64,000 nt of DNA from Raillietiella orientalis (taxonomy: Eukaryota): assembly GCA_036172245.1 (NCBI GenBank), contig JAYWIR010000002.1, positions 496,001-560,000 of the forward strand, read 5' to 3'. The translations under genes were made by a program, and so were the position numbers. This document shows positions 24,495 to 38,170 of the stretch, piece after piece. Position 1 is the stretch's first letter. Each line of letters begins with the position of its first letter. The notes beneath the pieces are model-generated. The model worked only from the letters and a program-made list of their open reading frames with translations. It was not told the origin of the DNA and made no database searches.

Positions 24495-24977
24495 GGGCTC
24501 GACGCTCGTGCGCCATCCATTTTCTGGACCGGTTGCTTCGGCAGGTGAGTCTCTGCCGACACTGCTTAGCGGATTCCGGCTCCTATGGCTACCGTCCTGC
24601 TGACCGTAGCAACCAACACTTTTATGGGATCCGCTGAGCGTCTCGTAGCCGATCGTAACCCAAATGGGAGCTCATGGATCCTACAGTCCGAGCTCCAGTA
24701 TTCAAGGACAAGCCAGACTTTTCACCTATTTAAATTCTGAGAATAGGTCGAGGTCATTTCGGATCCAAGGCCTCCTAATCATTCGCTTTACCAGATGAGA
24801 CTCTCCCTTTCCCCTTCCGCTTCGACGAGCGCCAGCTACCCTGAGGGAAACTTCAGAGGGAACCAACAGCTGCTCGATGGTTCGATTCGTCTTTCATCCC
24901 TCCTCCCAGCTCTTACGATCAGTTTGCACGTGAGGGTCACCTCCTTTGGCTTCATCCTGTCCAGGCACAAGGGTCCC
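24495..24977 (-). pseudogene. Degenerate 28S (LSU) rRNA fragment
   Basis: The plus strand matches antisense eukaryotic 28S core blocks known from memory: gcgccatccattttc, ttcggcaggtgagt, cttagcggattccg, accgtcctgctg, gagaataggt, ctaatcattcgctttacc, cctgagggaaacttc, gatggttcgatt, tttgcacgt, ccaggca. Many substitutions and internal deletions; no other rDNA in the window. Confidence 0.92.
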
Positions 24978-27849
24978 AGAGTTGCCGAAATCCTTTTACC
25001 TGTGGCATGCTGGAAGCGGGTTCTTCAAGCTGTGGTGGGGATGGGTGGGGAGGTCAACGGCGGGGGAAAAACGAGAGACAGAGGAAGATCAAAAGGAAGA
25101 AGAAGAAGGCAAAGTGTTAGTTTCTGGAACAGTGATTGACATCATTGTTCCAGAATGAGGCACCCGGCAGCGGTTGCGAAACGTTCCGCTCTGGAGAAAG
25201 AAGTTTCCTGCTGCTCCCCTTAACCGTAGCAGGACTTTCCTCCGAAATGCGCGCACACACAGGTGGAAGGAAATGGCGCTTCCAATCAAAAACCAATGAA
25301 GTCTGAATTACGGTTCCCACACTTGCTGAAGACAACAGTGGTCCAGCACGCGCATTAAGAATCCATGAAACGTTAGACCTGCTGCGCTGGACGGTTCGTG
25401 GAAAGGCGAGCAAAGATCGTGTTTATTTATAGCCGTCCAAGTTTCCATTTGCAAACGTCCTGTCGATGCAGGCGGTGTGGGAGCCGAAAGTGATGGAAAG
25501 CTGTGCTGAGGTGATGGAGGCCTCACGGCGGGAACATGAATCCATCGCCGGCAGCTTATTAAATGGACAGCTTGTTACTTAGCTCTGGGTCTCCTCTCTT
25601 CCTCCGTTTCCGTGGATCCTCTGGGCTCTCTCCGCTTCCTCGTCTCGCATTCACTCTCCCTGCTTCTTCTCATTCGCTCCATGCGGTTTTGATTGTTCCA
25701 TCATCTGCGTGTGGTGGTGCATCGCGACACACGAGGCTGGAGACCGCAGTCAAGCTGCAGCGAGCCGCGCGGCGTCCGCTCCCATCAAAGATAAGAGGAG
25801 CTGCGGCAAATCAGAGAGGCGCTGCTCCCTGCGACTTGCACCGTTTATCTCAAACAGGAGCGGGAAGCGCGCGTGGAAAGCATCAAGAAGCTCGCGTTTG
25901 ACAGCTGATGGCATTGGAAGAGATTGATGGAAGTTTCCGATGTGGTCACAGCGGCGGCGGGCAGCCTCGCGTAGTGGGACGCACCCGCGCGAACCGCGGG
26001 TAGTTCGATTCGGGGAGTGCGCTTCGACCGCGGGATTCGATTGATCCCATGATCGCGGATGCTGCCTCGCATGCGATTGGCTGGCTCCGGGATGCCACGG
26101 ATCGAGATGTGCCGGGAGTGCGGAAGACAGGAGCGTTTCCGTTCGAGGATTTTCCGACCGAAGCGACCGAGAGAAGGAGGAAGAGAAAATCGGAATAAAC
26201 GAAAGCGGCAGTGGATGTGCAGTGCTACCCAATCACCAGCATTCGAGGAGGGAGAATCCTCCGAAATCCGTTCCTGGTTCCAGCTACCAAGAACGCGTTG
26301 CCCTGGACGATTTCCTGTTCGGCATTCGTTCATTCCGCGCATGCGCGCGGTGTGCGAAGCTGCGACCTCGGGAGTGACAGACCATAAAAATATCGCATTC
26401 GCATCTGAAGATTATGACGAGCACCCACAGCATCACTGCTCCCAAGACACAGTCTCCGGAGCCTCGGCTAAAGGTTTTTTTTTTCTTTTCCTTTCTTTTT
26501 TTTCTTTTTTTATAAGGGTGAATGAAAAGGGGCAGTAGGTAAAGGTAACGCCTAGCAGCGTGAACAGGTCGGAGGCTCTTCGAGATGAAAAAGTAAGAGA
26601 ACGGTAGTGCCGTCGCCTGGCATCCTCATCCGTCACACCATTTCGACTTGTCTCGCCAAATGCGAATCCGGATGAAGTCAAAGGGAAATCGGGACAGCAG
26701 AACGTGAATTTTCGCAGCGATCGAAAGAAACTGCTCCCGCGGGTTCCTTTTCCGAAAGGTAGCTTTCCCTTCCAGTAAATGGAAAGGAGGAGGTAAGATG
26801 AAAATTCCTCTCGCCAATATCGAACTGTGGAGTCACGGTCGTCTGTCGGAAGAGGGAGATGTGGCAGTTCTAGGGAGTTTCCCAAGTGACCATGGCAAAC
26901 TCTCGGGAAAATCCTAACAACGCAGGCGCCCGCCCATCATCCAGTTCTGTAGTCGTTTCGAATGGGTAATTTCAAGCATCTGGTTGCCATGGTGCGATCT
27001 GTGAGGATTATGAGCAAATCGTGGCATCATCGGTAGCGCAATGGACCATAGTAAGGGTCCCTATCACGCTGCCAGGCGAAACTTCCAAAGAGGATCATAT
27101 TTAGTGAGGGACGTTCTGAAATAGTTCTTGAATGGACCACTCCTGAAAAAACCGTCCGCGGGATCGATTCCTCTTTGAATGGTTCTGGTGCAGCTTCGCG
27201 GTTTTGTGCTTCCAGATGTCGCTGAAGATTCAGTCCCCTCGGTGTAAACTCAGGCCTTATCTCTCCTGGAAAATCTTCCTCCTGCACTGCAACGGTTCGC
27301 ACTGCATGCAAAAAGCTCGGTGCTTCTTGGAAACTTGTTTCACAGAAGGAAAAAAAACAAAACAAAAAAAACTTCCCACACCTTTTTTTGACATACACAA
27401 ACACCGCACGCACCTCCGTGATCGACATCAAAGACATACACGAAAAATATGCATGCGGACAGCGTGTATGAGCGATTTTAGCCTGTACTTCAAATTTGCG
27501 CTTCACATGCACACGTGTTCACTTCTGTGACATTGTGCCTGTCACTTTCATGTGCATGCACGACACGTTGTTTGCGTGATGGACGATGCGCCTACTGTCA
27601 TCATGCATGCGCGTGTATTCATGAGCCTGCGACGTTTTCGGAGGTGCCAAAGGTCCAATCGATTCCCTTGAATGCCTTTACTTTACAGCACACCTCATCC
27701 TGATTTCGAACACACGATGTTGACTCACACGTGCTCATTCACTCGATCGTGCACGAGAGTGTTTCGTGCGTATTCATGCAGCAATGCCTTTTGGATGGAT
27801 TCAGGCGAAACTTCCTGTGGCGTCGCGTCTGGCATCGTTGCTGCGGTGG

Positions 27850-28150
27850 TGTTTCTTGCAAGCATACTGTTGAGGGTGGTCGAGAATCTCTGGTGCTTGG
27901 GAACTACCCTCCTGGGTCATGCGAAATATGGAGAACCGGTCATCGCCCTCTTAACATCGCTGCCAAGTTTGGAGCAGGCTGGCTTCAGCGGGTCCAGGCA
28001 TCCAGAGGACACTGCCAAGGACTTGTTTCCGCGATCCTTTACGCGAGGCGGATTTTCAGCGGGAGCTGCGACTGAGAAAGCATGTTGCTACGCACCTTCG
28101 TCACAGCCCGATCTGTGCTCCAACCTCATCTGGAAACTGCTCTCTATCTA
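27850..28150 (+). mobile_element. L1/Tx1 C-terminal relic related to 35990-36367
   Basis: DLFPRSFTRGGFSAGAATEKACC vs DVMRRFFTRGSLSLGAVIATICC; preceded by a degenerate AKYGEP (cf. CxKCGExE). Confidence 0.5.
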
Positions 28151-29949
28151 TAAGACACTCCAACGTCGTCGGTGGCGGCACGCGTGCACCAGCAGGGCAG
28201 GCATGCTGAAGAGTGGAGGCAAAAAGATTGAGGGTAACGCTGGAAGCGGTGAGGTGTCTTATGGAGAGAGGACAGTTTTGAGAGTGGGATGGAGCGTCTT
28301 ATGGATAGAAGACAGTTTCCAGAGGAGACTGGAGCTGGAACGGCAGTATTCAGCACTGGATGATCGTCACAGTCCGCCCTGTGCTGGGGTCTCGAGAGCA
28401 GCGAAGGGGAGTCAACCATCTTTACGAGGACTACTAGGAGGTGGCACACCTGGAAGAGGAAGACGATTCAGAGTGTGTCGGCATTCTGCGCCGTTACTGA
28501 GACAAAAGCGTGTGATACCAAGGACCCATGTCCCCACCCTTCCTTTTATTTATTTATTTATTGTTCTGTTTCCTTACGCTTGGACTGCCTCAGCAGACGA
28601 CCTACGTGCCGTTGAACTCTTCCGTTGACCTTTTTTTTGCTTTTGTTTCAGGAACTGCATTTCCGTTTGTTTCTTACATTGAATAATCCTAACGTCGCTG
28701 CCGTGTGCTCTTAGTTCCTTGACCGTTGCTATGGTGACTTGAAGCACGACAGGTATGATTGCTTGCAGGATGCTCCGATATCGATTGGCAGATGAACTCC
28801 ACAGAGGTTGAACTCAAGCGGCTCAAGGAGCCAGTTCGAGGAGCAGCGCGAGTCAAACGTTCACCTTGGAGGGTTGACTTTTGGTCTCTTCTGCAGCGAA
28901 AGAATCTTGAGCAGTAGGTCTCTGTCTCGAGGGTCGGATACGTCGATCCTTCTCCCAGCGTGGGACCTGCGTTGTCGGGAGGAAGGGAAACCTCCCGCTC
29001 TCCGCAGGGACGCATGCCTCGGAGTGATACACGTGAAGGAGTGGGAAAAGTGCGCTGCTGAAAAAATCCAGTGCTGGATCTAAAAGAGGAAGAAAGAGGG
29101 GGGGAGGGAGGGTAGGAGGGGGCAAAAAAGGGGGGAGGAATGGACGGCTTCTGTTTGGTTAGCTCCGAGCTTCCTCACACTCGAACAAAAAAAAAAGGAA
29201 AAAAAGAAGAAAAAAGACTAGCCAGAGGGCACCTGCCTCAAAAATGCACCAGTTCCTGCAACTCCTGACTGCTTCGAACTTTTGCTTCTTGGGTAATAAA
29301 TAATTCGGCGTTGCGCGTCAGGCGAGTGAAAGGGTTTGCCAAAATATTTCGTGAGGCTGGAAATCTCTCCGGGAATGTCGCCGTCTTCCGAGCGCACCGT
29401 TCGAATTGGAAGCCCGCGCACGGTCCCGTTAAGCGGTCATGCCAGGCTCGACCGGGTAATGGAACCCCGTCCACTTTGGACACATTCTGAGGAGGAAACA
29501 CAAAGGCATTTATTTGAATTGCGCTGATTCGTTCGAAATGCATCACCTCTCGAATCATGCGCCTCTCGACTGATACCAGCATTGTGCAATAATCTCGGGA
29601 ATATAGAGCACGTCTCGGAAAAACGCCAAAAAAAAAAAAAAAAAAGAAAAGAGGAAAGAAAAGAAACGGAAAGAATCGAGATCGCAGCGTTCGCACTTAG
29701 AGCGAATTAAATTAAAAACCCTACTCAAGCGATGATGGATTTCCATTCTCATTTCACCGAGCGTGTTGCTTCGGTTGTAAGTCGAATGGATCATGACTGG
29801 CTGCAATCTCCTTTGATTGATAGGTTTGGCGGGCAACAGCCCAGCTTTTCCCGGGCAAATTATAACCATCAGCTTCCCATTCACTAATTCGCATTTTCTT
29901 TCTCTTTGCAAAAGAGAGGGAGAAGTAGGAGAAGAGAAGATGGCGGGAA

Positions 29950-30500
29950 AACAGCAGGAAAAAAATGCAGCGTACTTGTACGTCGCGTTCCTCGGCGTGT
30001 GTGTGAATGTACGGCTGGCCGTGCTCTCACTAATTTCCGGGAACGGCGACTTCCCACGCAGGAGCCACATGGAGCCTCTACTCCCGGCAAACCTTCTTTC
30101 GGAGACGCGGGGAACCGGGAGTTTCGGAGCCAGGCCTTCTCGCAGCATCCAAGAGCTTGCCGGGCAAGAGTGTGAAACCTTTGGACGGGGTCCGACTGGG
30201 TTTGCTCCAGGATGGCGTGCCCTCTGGGAGCTTTCCTCCCGAGGGCAGATTCCCTGCTTGCTGGAGATGACAGGAACCTCATGTGACCTTCGAAACACTT
30301 GGCTTCCGTGTTGGATCGCTGAGGACATCCAGAAGCCTTCCACCCTTTCCTTCCTCCCGTTCCACTCGAAGCTCGGAGTTGTGGGTAATGGAAGGCAGCA
30401 GATGGAAGCCTGCCTTCGACCCGCCAACCAGAGAGGGAGCAGAAGCCAAAGGCAACGCTCGTACGGGATGCGGCTGGGTGCCCACGTGAAATGGACGAAT
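29950..30500 (+). mobile_element. Possible Jockey/R1/I-type RT relic
   Basis: ORF 29817..30716 has YVAFLGV, GRGPTGFAPG..LW and WIAEDI at spacing compatible with RT motifs A, B and C; all degenerate. Confidence 0.3.
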
Positions 30501-31399
30501 GAGGAGTTACTCAGGTTCTTTCCTGAAAATCATGAGACTCAGGGCTCCGAGCGAGAACGGAGAAAACGGATTCCGTCACCCAGACGACCTGCTTTCGAGG
30601 AAGGATTCCCGACGGAGACGATGCCTCGACAGCCGGCCTTCGCATCGAAAAGCGCTCCCACGAAAGAGAGGGGAGGAGAGAGAGACTACAGGAGTCTCTC
30701 GTCCAGAAAGAGTTAATGAAGGCAGTTCGTGGCCACTGACTCCCTGGTCAGATACTGTTCCCGCCCAGAGATGGACTCATGTCCTGCGTGCAGTGCGGCT
30801 GGCTCCTTATCCATACATCTCTGCACACTCGCAGCATCACAAGCAGTACGGAGACACCCTGGACGAGTAAATTCACGGGCAGAAGAATGGCTATCGTTCC
30901 CTTCACAAAGAAATGCTCTTGGGAGATTCTCGTCTGGAAAAGAGAAAGAAGAGAACAGGTGGTCACCTGAGATGGGCTTCCGCTCGTACCTTCGTCATCC
31001 TTTAAACATCTCCACTGAGGAAGACTTATATGAATTGGTGGTAATGAGGATTATTAGAGGAGCTTGCTTACTAAATGATAATCCTCGAGGAACTTACCTT
31101 TTTGGTGTTTGTATATCGTTGATTTGATTATTTAGGAGTAATTAATTTTCTTAATAAAGAGTAACACTCCTGTCTTGCTGGTGCACGCGCACTCACCATC
31201 GACGAGGCTGAAGGTGTGTTATGGATAGAGAACAGTTTCCAGAGAAGTTATCCCTTGGCTGAAAGTTCTGGCGCTTACGTGAATGGAGAATCTAAAAGCA
31301 CGAAAAAGCTTCCAAGTGAGATGGTCATCGGCAAGAGGACATCATCTTGGCGACACAGGCATATCGCCGCTTTGAAAGGCTTTTGAGGACAGCTAGATT

Positions 31400-32400
31400 G
31401 ATGCAACACCGAGGCCGAATGGGTTCCCGAAATAAGGACTTCTTTTTTTCCTGATAATTTTTTTTTTCGTGAGGAAAATCGGCTGGAAAATCTCCCGAGC
31501 CCGAGACTGCTGTCTCCAGGAGACTTTAATGGGGTCTCTCAAGCTCATGCAAAGAGTTCGAGTACTCTGATCTGGAACAATCGGAGTCATAGAATCCACA
31601 AACGGCAGCGGCCTGAGGCTCTCTAAGTTGGGCAACGACAGTGGCCTGCGAAGAGGGAGTTTCAGGTCAGGTCGAAACGTGCCATGCTCTGCTGTTAAGG
31701 GAACACCCTTTTCCTTCGCCCGTTTGAATCGTTGGCAGAGCTCACCTCCGGAAAGCCTGCCGCGGAGAAGAGGGAAAAGGGAGACCAGGCAGACACCATC
31801 AATCGATTACCTCTACTCTCTTTGCAAAGTGCCGGCGAAAGAGAGGGAGAAAATGGGAGAGTGAGGGGCTGGGTGCTGCTGCCCTTTCTGAGAGGATAAA
31901 CGACGACCGAGTTAGCAGGTTGAGGCACAGGTGCTGAGAAGTGCAGAGGGATCCTGGACCTCGTCTCTTGCAAACGCAAGGCTGCTGAGAGGCTGAAGAG
32001 ACGACCCCACTTGAAATTCTGCTACTTCGGACTTTTTGACTGGAAATGCGTTCGAAGTTGGCCTTCCTTGAGGATCAGCCGAAACGTGCTGCTTCCAATC
32101 TAAAGTGGAGGCAGGACTTCCCGATCAGAAAATCGAGAGAACCAAAAGCATGAAGGTCCCCCGAGCACTCAGGAGGACTCCTGTGACTTCCACGTTCGCA
32201 AAATGCAAGGCCCCCATGTCTTCTCCACTGTTCTCGCGTTTGGGCAACTCGGGCTCGCCCGCGTAGTTTTCGAGGCTGCAACGCCGAGGAGTGAGCTCAG
32301 ACTTTCCTTTAGCGATAATTAGTCCTCGAGGCCCGTGGGGGATCAGAATAGAGACGAAGCTGACGTTTTTCCTATCATCAAACAGCACTGACATCAAGAA
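31400..32400 (-). mobile_element. L1-type RT relic
   Basis: KGKSELTP, ALHFANVEVTGVL (cf. LxFADD) and LPNLESL (after a GGLG-like position). Confidence 0.35.
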
Positions 32401-33299
32401 GACTGTTTGTTAAGCTCGGAGAATCAAGGTCGAACAACAACACCCTCCCCCCCCTTCCTCTAAATGAGTTGCTATGAATTCGTAATTCCAGAGCAGGTTC
32501 CAATTAGCGTGACCTTCACCTTTTCGAGCGGCAGGCGACGAGATGCAATCATCTTGCGTCAGCAGGAGCGACGGAGAGCCAACTCCGCACGACCGGGAAG
32601 AGTAAGGGTGAATGAAGAAATTTTGCGTTCGCTGCTGCTTATTTAACTCTCTGTAGCTGCGAGGTGTCTCTTGAGATCACGTGACCCTTCACATGAGAGG
32701 CCCCGTGCGATGACGTTCAAACCTTCCGCGGCTGTCTTCCTGTTCGGAGCGTGCGAGAGGGGCTCCCGCCTCCGCGAGCTCACGCGTTCCGTTCCGGGAT
32801 TCGGCAACAGGATCCCGAGAGCGACGCCCCCATCACAGGGGGCGGGGAATGGAATTTCGCAACCCCCTCTTCCCGAGAGGAACCCTCAAAAAACTCTTCC
32901 TAGAGGGTCGGCAGCTGCGCCAACGCTGCGCGGAGTTGCAGGAGGAATTTCCTCCGGATGAACGGCGCCGACAAATGCAAGTCGCGCATGTCACCTCCTG
33001 GACATCCCGCGGAACTGTTTGGGCTAACGAGCCTGTCGACGGCGACGAGCGCTTTCGGCGAGAGCCGCGCGACCGTTTCTGCGTTCCCCTTCGCACCTTC
33101 CTCTTTCTAAAATCAAGAAAATCGAAAAGAAGAAGACAAAGAAGGAGGAATGAAAAAAAAGAAAAAAGAAAGAGAAAGAAAGAAAAGAAAAGCCGTTTTC
33201 TTGGGCTCCCTAGAGATCCTTCACGACCCCAGTCTGCTGCGCAGCCACGGGTGATGCCTCGATCACGGAGTCTGGGCGAGTTTTCAAAAAATCCTGCTG

Positions 33300-34150
33300 T
33301 CAAGTCGCGCCGGAGCAAACAAATGTGTTCCATTGTGCTGGACCAAAAAGGGGCCCTCGCAATTTCCACGAATTGGCTGCGATCAGCGTCAAATTGCCGG
33401 TTAAATTTGGGGTCATCCTCTTCTAGTGCAAACTCCCGCCAGTCTTCACAAGATGCGGTCTGCCTGCGCGCCTGCTCTCGGAGTGCTTTCTGTCCCAGCT
33501 GGTTGCGGCTTGGTTTTCCATAGGTCCTTTACCACCAGTCCATTTCCCAGAGTCCAGGTGGATCCTGAGGACTTGGTTAGCAGGTTGCTCCTCGGCTTTT
33601 GTGGACGGGCGCGATGAGTACAGAAAGCCACGCACGCACTCGAAAGGCTCGTACGGTAACCAACATGCTCCCGAGAGGCCAAAGAGATCCTCCGAAGCCG
33701 GTAAAGACGCGTGCACTCGGCTCCCGGCTGCTTCACGTGGAACCTCAGATCTGCCATGTCATCGCCGTAATTGACGGTTCCATGCGGAGCCCATTCTTCT
33801 CGCGGTTCCCGAAGTCGCCGAGATCTTCGTGCTGTCCAAGATGCGGGAGCGGAGAAAATTGCACTTTCTCATCGTCGGCGTCTTCGTTCGCTTCGGCTGT
33901 TTCGCTTATTAACAGCCGGATAGGGAGAAGCGCGATGACCATGGTTTTCCCGAGGGCCATGTCGTCGACGAGGACAGGCAGTCCAGAAGTGTCACGTACG
34001 CTTCATCCGGCTTGATTTACGCGCCGCGGAAAACACGGCGATACTTTCCAGCACGTGCGATCTCTGTCATCGAGAAGATCGAAAGTGATTTCGGGGGAAG
34101 GATGGGAAAGCAGCTGCCCACCGTCTTCGCCGTCGCTTGCTGCCAGCGCC
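33300..34150 (-). mobile_element. L1-type RT relic
   Basis: ITFDLLDDRDRTCW (motif A-like), LRMEPSI (end of motif B) and QVLRIHL (cf. KYLGIHL). Confidence 0.35.
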
Positions 34151-35899
34151 GCTCGAACGGCGGCGGTCGGAATCGGCGGGAGTGCGCTCGCCGGAGCGAC
34201 CGCCGAAAATTCCGTGTGCAGTCGGAGTAGGGGAGGGGAAGCTCCGCTTCGGAGTGGACTCCGCCTCGTTCCGACGAGGGGCTCGGGCGCAGAACCCAGG
34301 GGAACTGCTGGCGTCCACCAGGAGGACGTGCCGTCTTCGAGCGGCAGGGACCAGGGACTCCGAGATGGGAGAATCGGAGCGTGCGGATTCCTCCGCCTCG
34401 ATATCACGCTGCGCTTTCTCGTCTTCCGAAGTTGCTGAGCCGAGGTCCTGGCTGGTGAACGTTGCAGACGAAGAATCCAGTGGCCAAAGACTCGCCAAAG
34501 CTTGACTCGGGTCTCCCTTCACTCAGAGAGGTCAGGGGAGGTCGGTTGCGACTGCTCGCCCCACCAGTCAGTCCTTTCGAATTCGTTCCAAATGTGAGGG
34601 AAAATTTTTACAGAGACCAAGGAGGTGCCATATCTTGGGAGGAGGGGAAGAGAAGAGGGAGGAGGTGAGATGAATCCTCCCAAGAGACTGTGTCTCATCC
34701 TGCCTTTTGGAGGAAAATTTTTTTTAGGAACGACCACCACTTTGAAAATAGAAGAGTGATGCTGCATGGACCTTGATGCTGAATTTGGCTGCAAGCTCAC
34801 TTTTCCTTTTGGTGAAGAACTGCTGGATTCGGAGGTGGAGGCGTGATCGGCTGAGCAGGGGCACCCGGTACATGTTAGTCTCAAGAGCGGGATGCCAAGC
34901 AGATTCTTCTTTTCGCAGATTCCCCGGGCCATCTCGAACCAGATCGGGTGTATGAATCCTCTTACTCGCCGCTCTGGCTTCCGTCCACCCTTCCCCCTCC
35001 GCGGGAGCTCAAGAGGGAGCAAATGAAAAAACGAACCTTCCCTGGCCTCGAAGCATCCCGAATGAATTTCCGAAGCCGCGAAGGTTTGAGATGAGGCGTC
35101 TTTCAGCGCTGAACGCTTCTAGCCTCTGCGTCCACCTCCACCAGAGATCCCGAGTTCCAGCCCCATCGGTGTTTGGGAGCAGCTGCTCTTGCACGGGACC
35201 CCAGAATGTTGGCGCGAAGATGGAGGCACCCTGGTAGCCTTCTTACGAGCTTTTGACTGCGTCCATCCGGTTCAGAACCGGAGGCTGGTCACGAATCTCA
35301 ATGGATCCGCACCCTGGGAAATGGGATGAGCGGAGCGACTCTGTACAGTTGCAATACAATTGCAAGTCGGCGATCTGGCTTAAGGAGGGACAAGAGCGTA
35401 CCTTTTCGCACATGGAATTGCTAGGGGCACGGAGGCAGCGTAATCGTTTGAGAAAGGTCGCACGAGGTTTCCTGCCCTTCGGTTCCGGGCTATCGGATGA
35501 GCATGCACACAGAGATGCCAAGCACGAGCTGCACTCCTTCGCAACGTCTGAGCATCTGAAGAGTTACAGGCGGGACGCTCCCTCCCTCTCCTCCCGTGCG
35601 CGCGCGCCACAAGCTCCGCAGGAACGGCGCGAGTCCCGGAAAGCGAAAGGAGGGCATAAGCGGCAAGATACGTACACTCGGAATAGCTGGCATCTCGTTC
35701 CTGGGATCTGGAGAGATTCCACCTCTCGTGCGCCGAATTCTTCCTCTGCATCTCGCGAGAGTCATCTACCTCAGCTTCCAGCTGTTGCCGCGGTTTTTTT
35801 TTTCTTGGAAGAAAAAGAAGGAAAAAACACACACAGAGAAAAAATACAAACTCCTTTGCAAAAAATCGAATCCTTTGCTTTGCATCCCTGCCGTTTGGC

Positions 35900-36460
35900 T
35901 CCATGTTCGACTCCATAGAGTGAATCCGGAAGATCTTTTGGGAGATGAGGCGCGCCTCGTCTGCCAGAAGAGAAGTGTGACTTTTCGGGGTGTCCAACAG
36001 TGCTGCCCATTGTCGGACAACTTGTAGAAGCTGTGGAGCAGTGGAATCGCTCCCGTACACACTCTTCGAATGCAGTGCCCTTCAAGGACTGTGGCGGAGG
36101 CTGCCTTCAGAGCTCCTGCACCAAGTGGACACCATCGTCGACGTCATGCGCCGCTTCTTCACGCGTGGTAGCCTCTCGCTAGGCGCAGTCATCGCAACGA
36201 TCTGTTGCATACGCGCTATCCTCATGGCCCACCACTTATTGGAGTCGCTAGCGGCCTCAACAGAGTTCATCAAGATTGCAGCCTCCAACATGAGAATGGC
36301 TGCGAGGTGGCCACAGCTCAACGAAGAAGTCAGGAAGGAGATCGCCGGCATCCAAGACCGGTTCTGAAAGGATGGAACGACCGAAGCCAAAGACCCTTGC
36401 CTTTTCTCCACCCCCCCCCCCCATATCTTTTTCTGTAATTTTTGCATTTATTTGTGGTCT
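35900..36460 (+). mobile_element. L1/Tx1 ORF2 C-terminus and T-rich 3' UTR
   Basis: ORF 35990..36367 TCRSCGAVESLPYTLFECSALQGLW is a typical zf-RVT knuckle; stop at 36367 is followed by C- and T-rich sequence. Confidence 0.65.
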
Positions 36461-36599
36461 CCTCTCTCCTGTTCAGGTTTTTCAGTGTGCTCGACCTGTG
36501 CGTCGGGGAGCGCTCGAACTTCCTTTCCTTTTGACTGGGAACTCAGTTCCCAGATGGTTTGTTCTTTTTTGGAATGAACGTCTCGGTGCAACCGGCTGA

Positions 36600-38170
36600 T
36601 AAACAGTGCTGTGAGCATGAGGAACTTCGGTGCGTTCTTGAAAACAGCACGAGTGAGCTCTCGGCAGTGCGAGCATCTCCCGTGTTCTGAAATGTGAAAC
36701 AGTCCAATCAGCAAACAGACTGATATCTAAAGAACGTCTCCACATCTTCGTAAAAGCAGCTGCTATACACCCACGGTTGCCATGGAATCACAGCGCTTAT
36801 ATAGTCAGATCGCGGTAAATGGCAGCTCTGTAGAAGTTTGGGGTTCTTCAGCTGTGCGCTTGCTGAAAATCATTTTGGGCCACACTGGAGAAATTCGGGA
36901 TCTTGAGCCACAACCTACGTGGTTAGGATCCTAACTGGTAAAGAACATAATGTATAAAAGAAGGCTGTTTGTGTATACACTCCGGAAAATATGGCGTAAT
37001 TTTGGATGCCAAATTACGCGATTAGATGGAACGAAACGAGCTGTCCTACTGACTCTCACGGTCATGTTTGCCTACTTTGTTTAGCTTCAGGTCATGCATA
37101 TAACAAAATCCCATCTAAACTGTTCTTCCATGCGGATTATCGGCATCCCATTCGGGATGCTAATCATTATGTTCTATACAAGCAAACCTAATTAGCGTCT
37201 CACTTAATGCTACTCCGGTCCCTAGTCGATATTGACGGGAATCCTCATCTGCCAGGTCATCAGCGGCTTGTACCGCGGAAGGAAAAATCCCGCGATGAAT
37301 CACTAGTGGCCTAATGCTGTACTTGAAAAAAAATGGAGAGCAGCAAGCAGTGGATTTATCTCATCTAAGGATATGATCCGACACTGACCCGAAATTCAGT
37401 TTTGATTGGAACGATTGAAAGATCAGCTCAAGAAAGTGCCATCTCTAGTGCAGTAGTTTCTAGCGCTTCAAGCTAGCCTGGCTGAAGAACTCGAGTGCTC
37501 TGTAGAAACGTAGAAACGAAAATAAACTTTCGGCACAAATACAGAAAAGTCAAGTGATGAATGATTGGTGAGTGGTTCTTTAATAGAGAGGACCTACTAT
37601 TTAAGACAGGAGGATTGCAAAGCGGCATTAAGTCCTTCTTAATGCACTTTAGATAGTGGGTGTGCTCGATGGAGACGCACCACGCTCCTTTCGGAATCAC
37701 GGTCAGCTGGACAGGACAAGTTTTGGAGGGACTTTTGGTTGTTGACTGAAGATCACCAATGGTCACCAATGTCGCTTCAACAGACCCCCTCCTTCTCTAA
37801 GATCATGGCTTCATGGAGAAGAGTTTCTTAAAAAGCAAAGCCATGCACACCGAGTGAACGGGTTAAGCAGCAGTAGCTTTAAAGAACGCCCACCTACGGA
37901 AAACTTTGAGAAGCAGAAAATCATCTGGCTGCTTTTGTGCCTTGTTACATCCCATTTTTGAGCTCTTGCGGAAAAGTCTGATAAATCAAAACAACGTTTT
38001 TGAACCAGTGTAGGCGATTTTGTTGCGAACGCAGCATTCGCAAATTCATGGAGCACATTTCCTGGGTATTTTCATTAGCATCTCTTTGAAACAACGCCGA
38101 AAATCGGACTGGCACGAGTGACGGTGCCAGGAACGAAGAACGGTCACGTTAGCATCTTTTCATAGAGGAA
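36600..38170 (-). mobile_element. Possible MULE (Mutator-like) transposase relic
   Basis: Locally AT-richer block. Frameshifted colinear motifs: VTVLRSWHRHSC (FLYWCH-like HxH), ALEFFSQA/..DGTF (~37440), INPLLAAL, WDFV, VSFHL, and WTVSHFRT..KNAPKF. Confidence 0.35.

Noticed and set aside
25130..25480. Possible second MULE scrap (KKFPAAP..RWKEMAL, plus strand)
   Set aside because: Catalytic and CxFH residues are not recognisable; too weak to call.
28256..28324. Two 29-bp repeats as a possible CRISPR array
   Set aside because: Only two diverged units with an 11-nt gap, a eukaryotic context and no cas genes.
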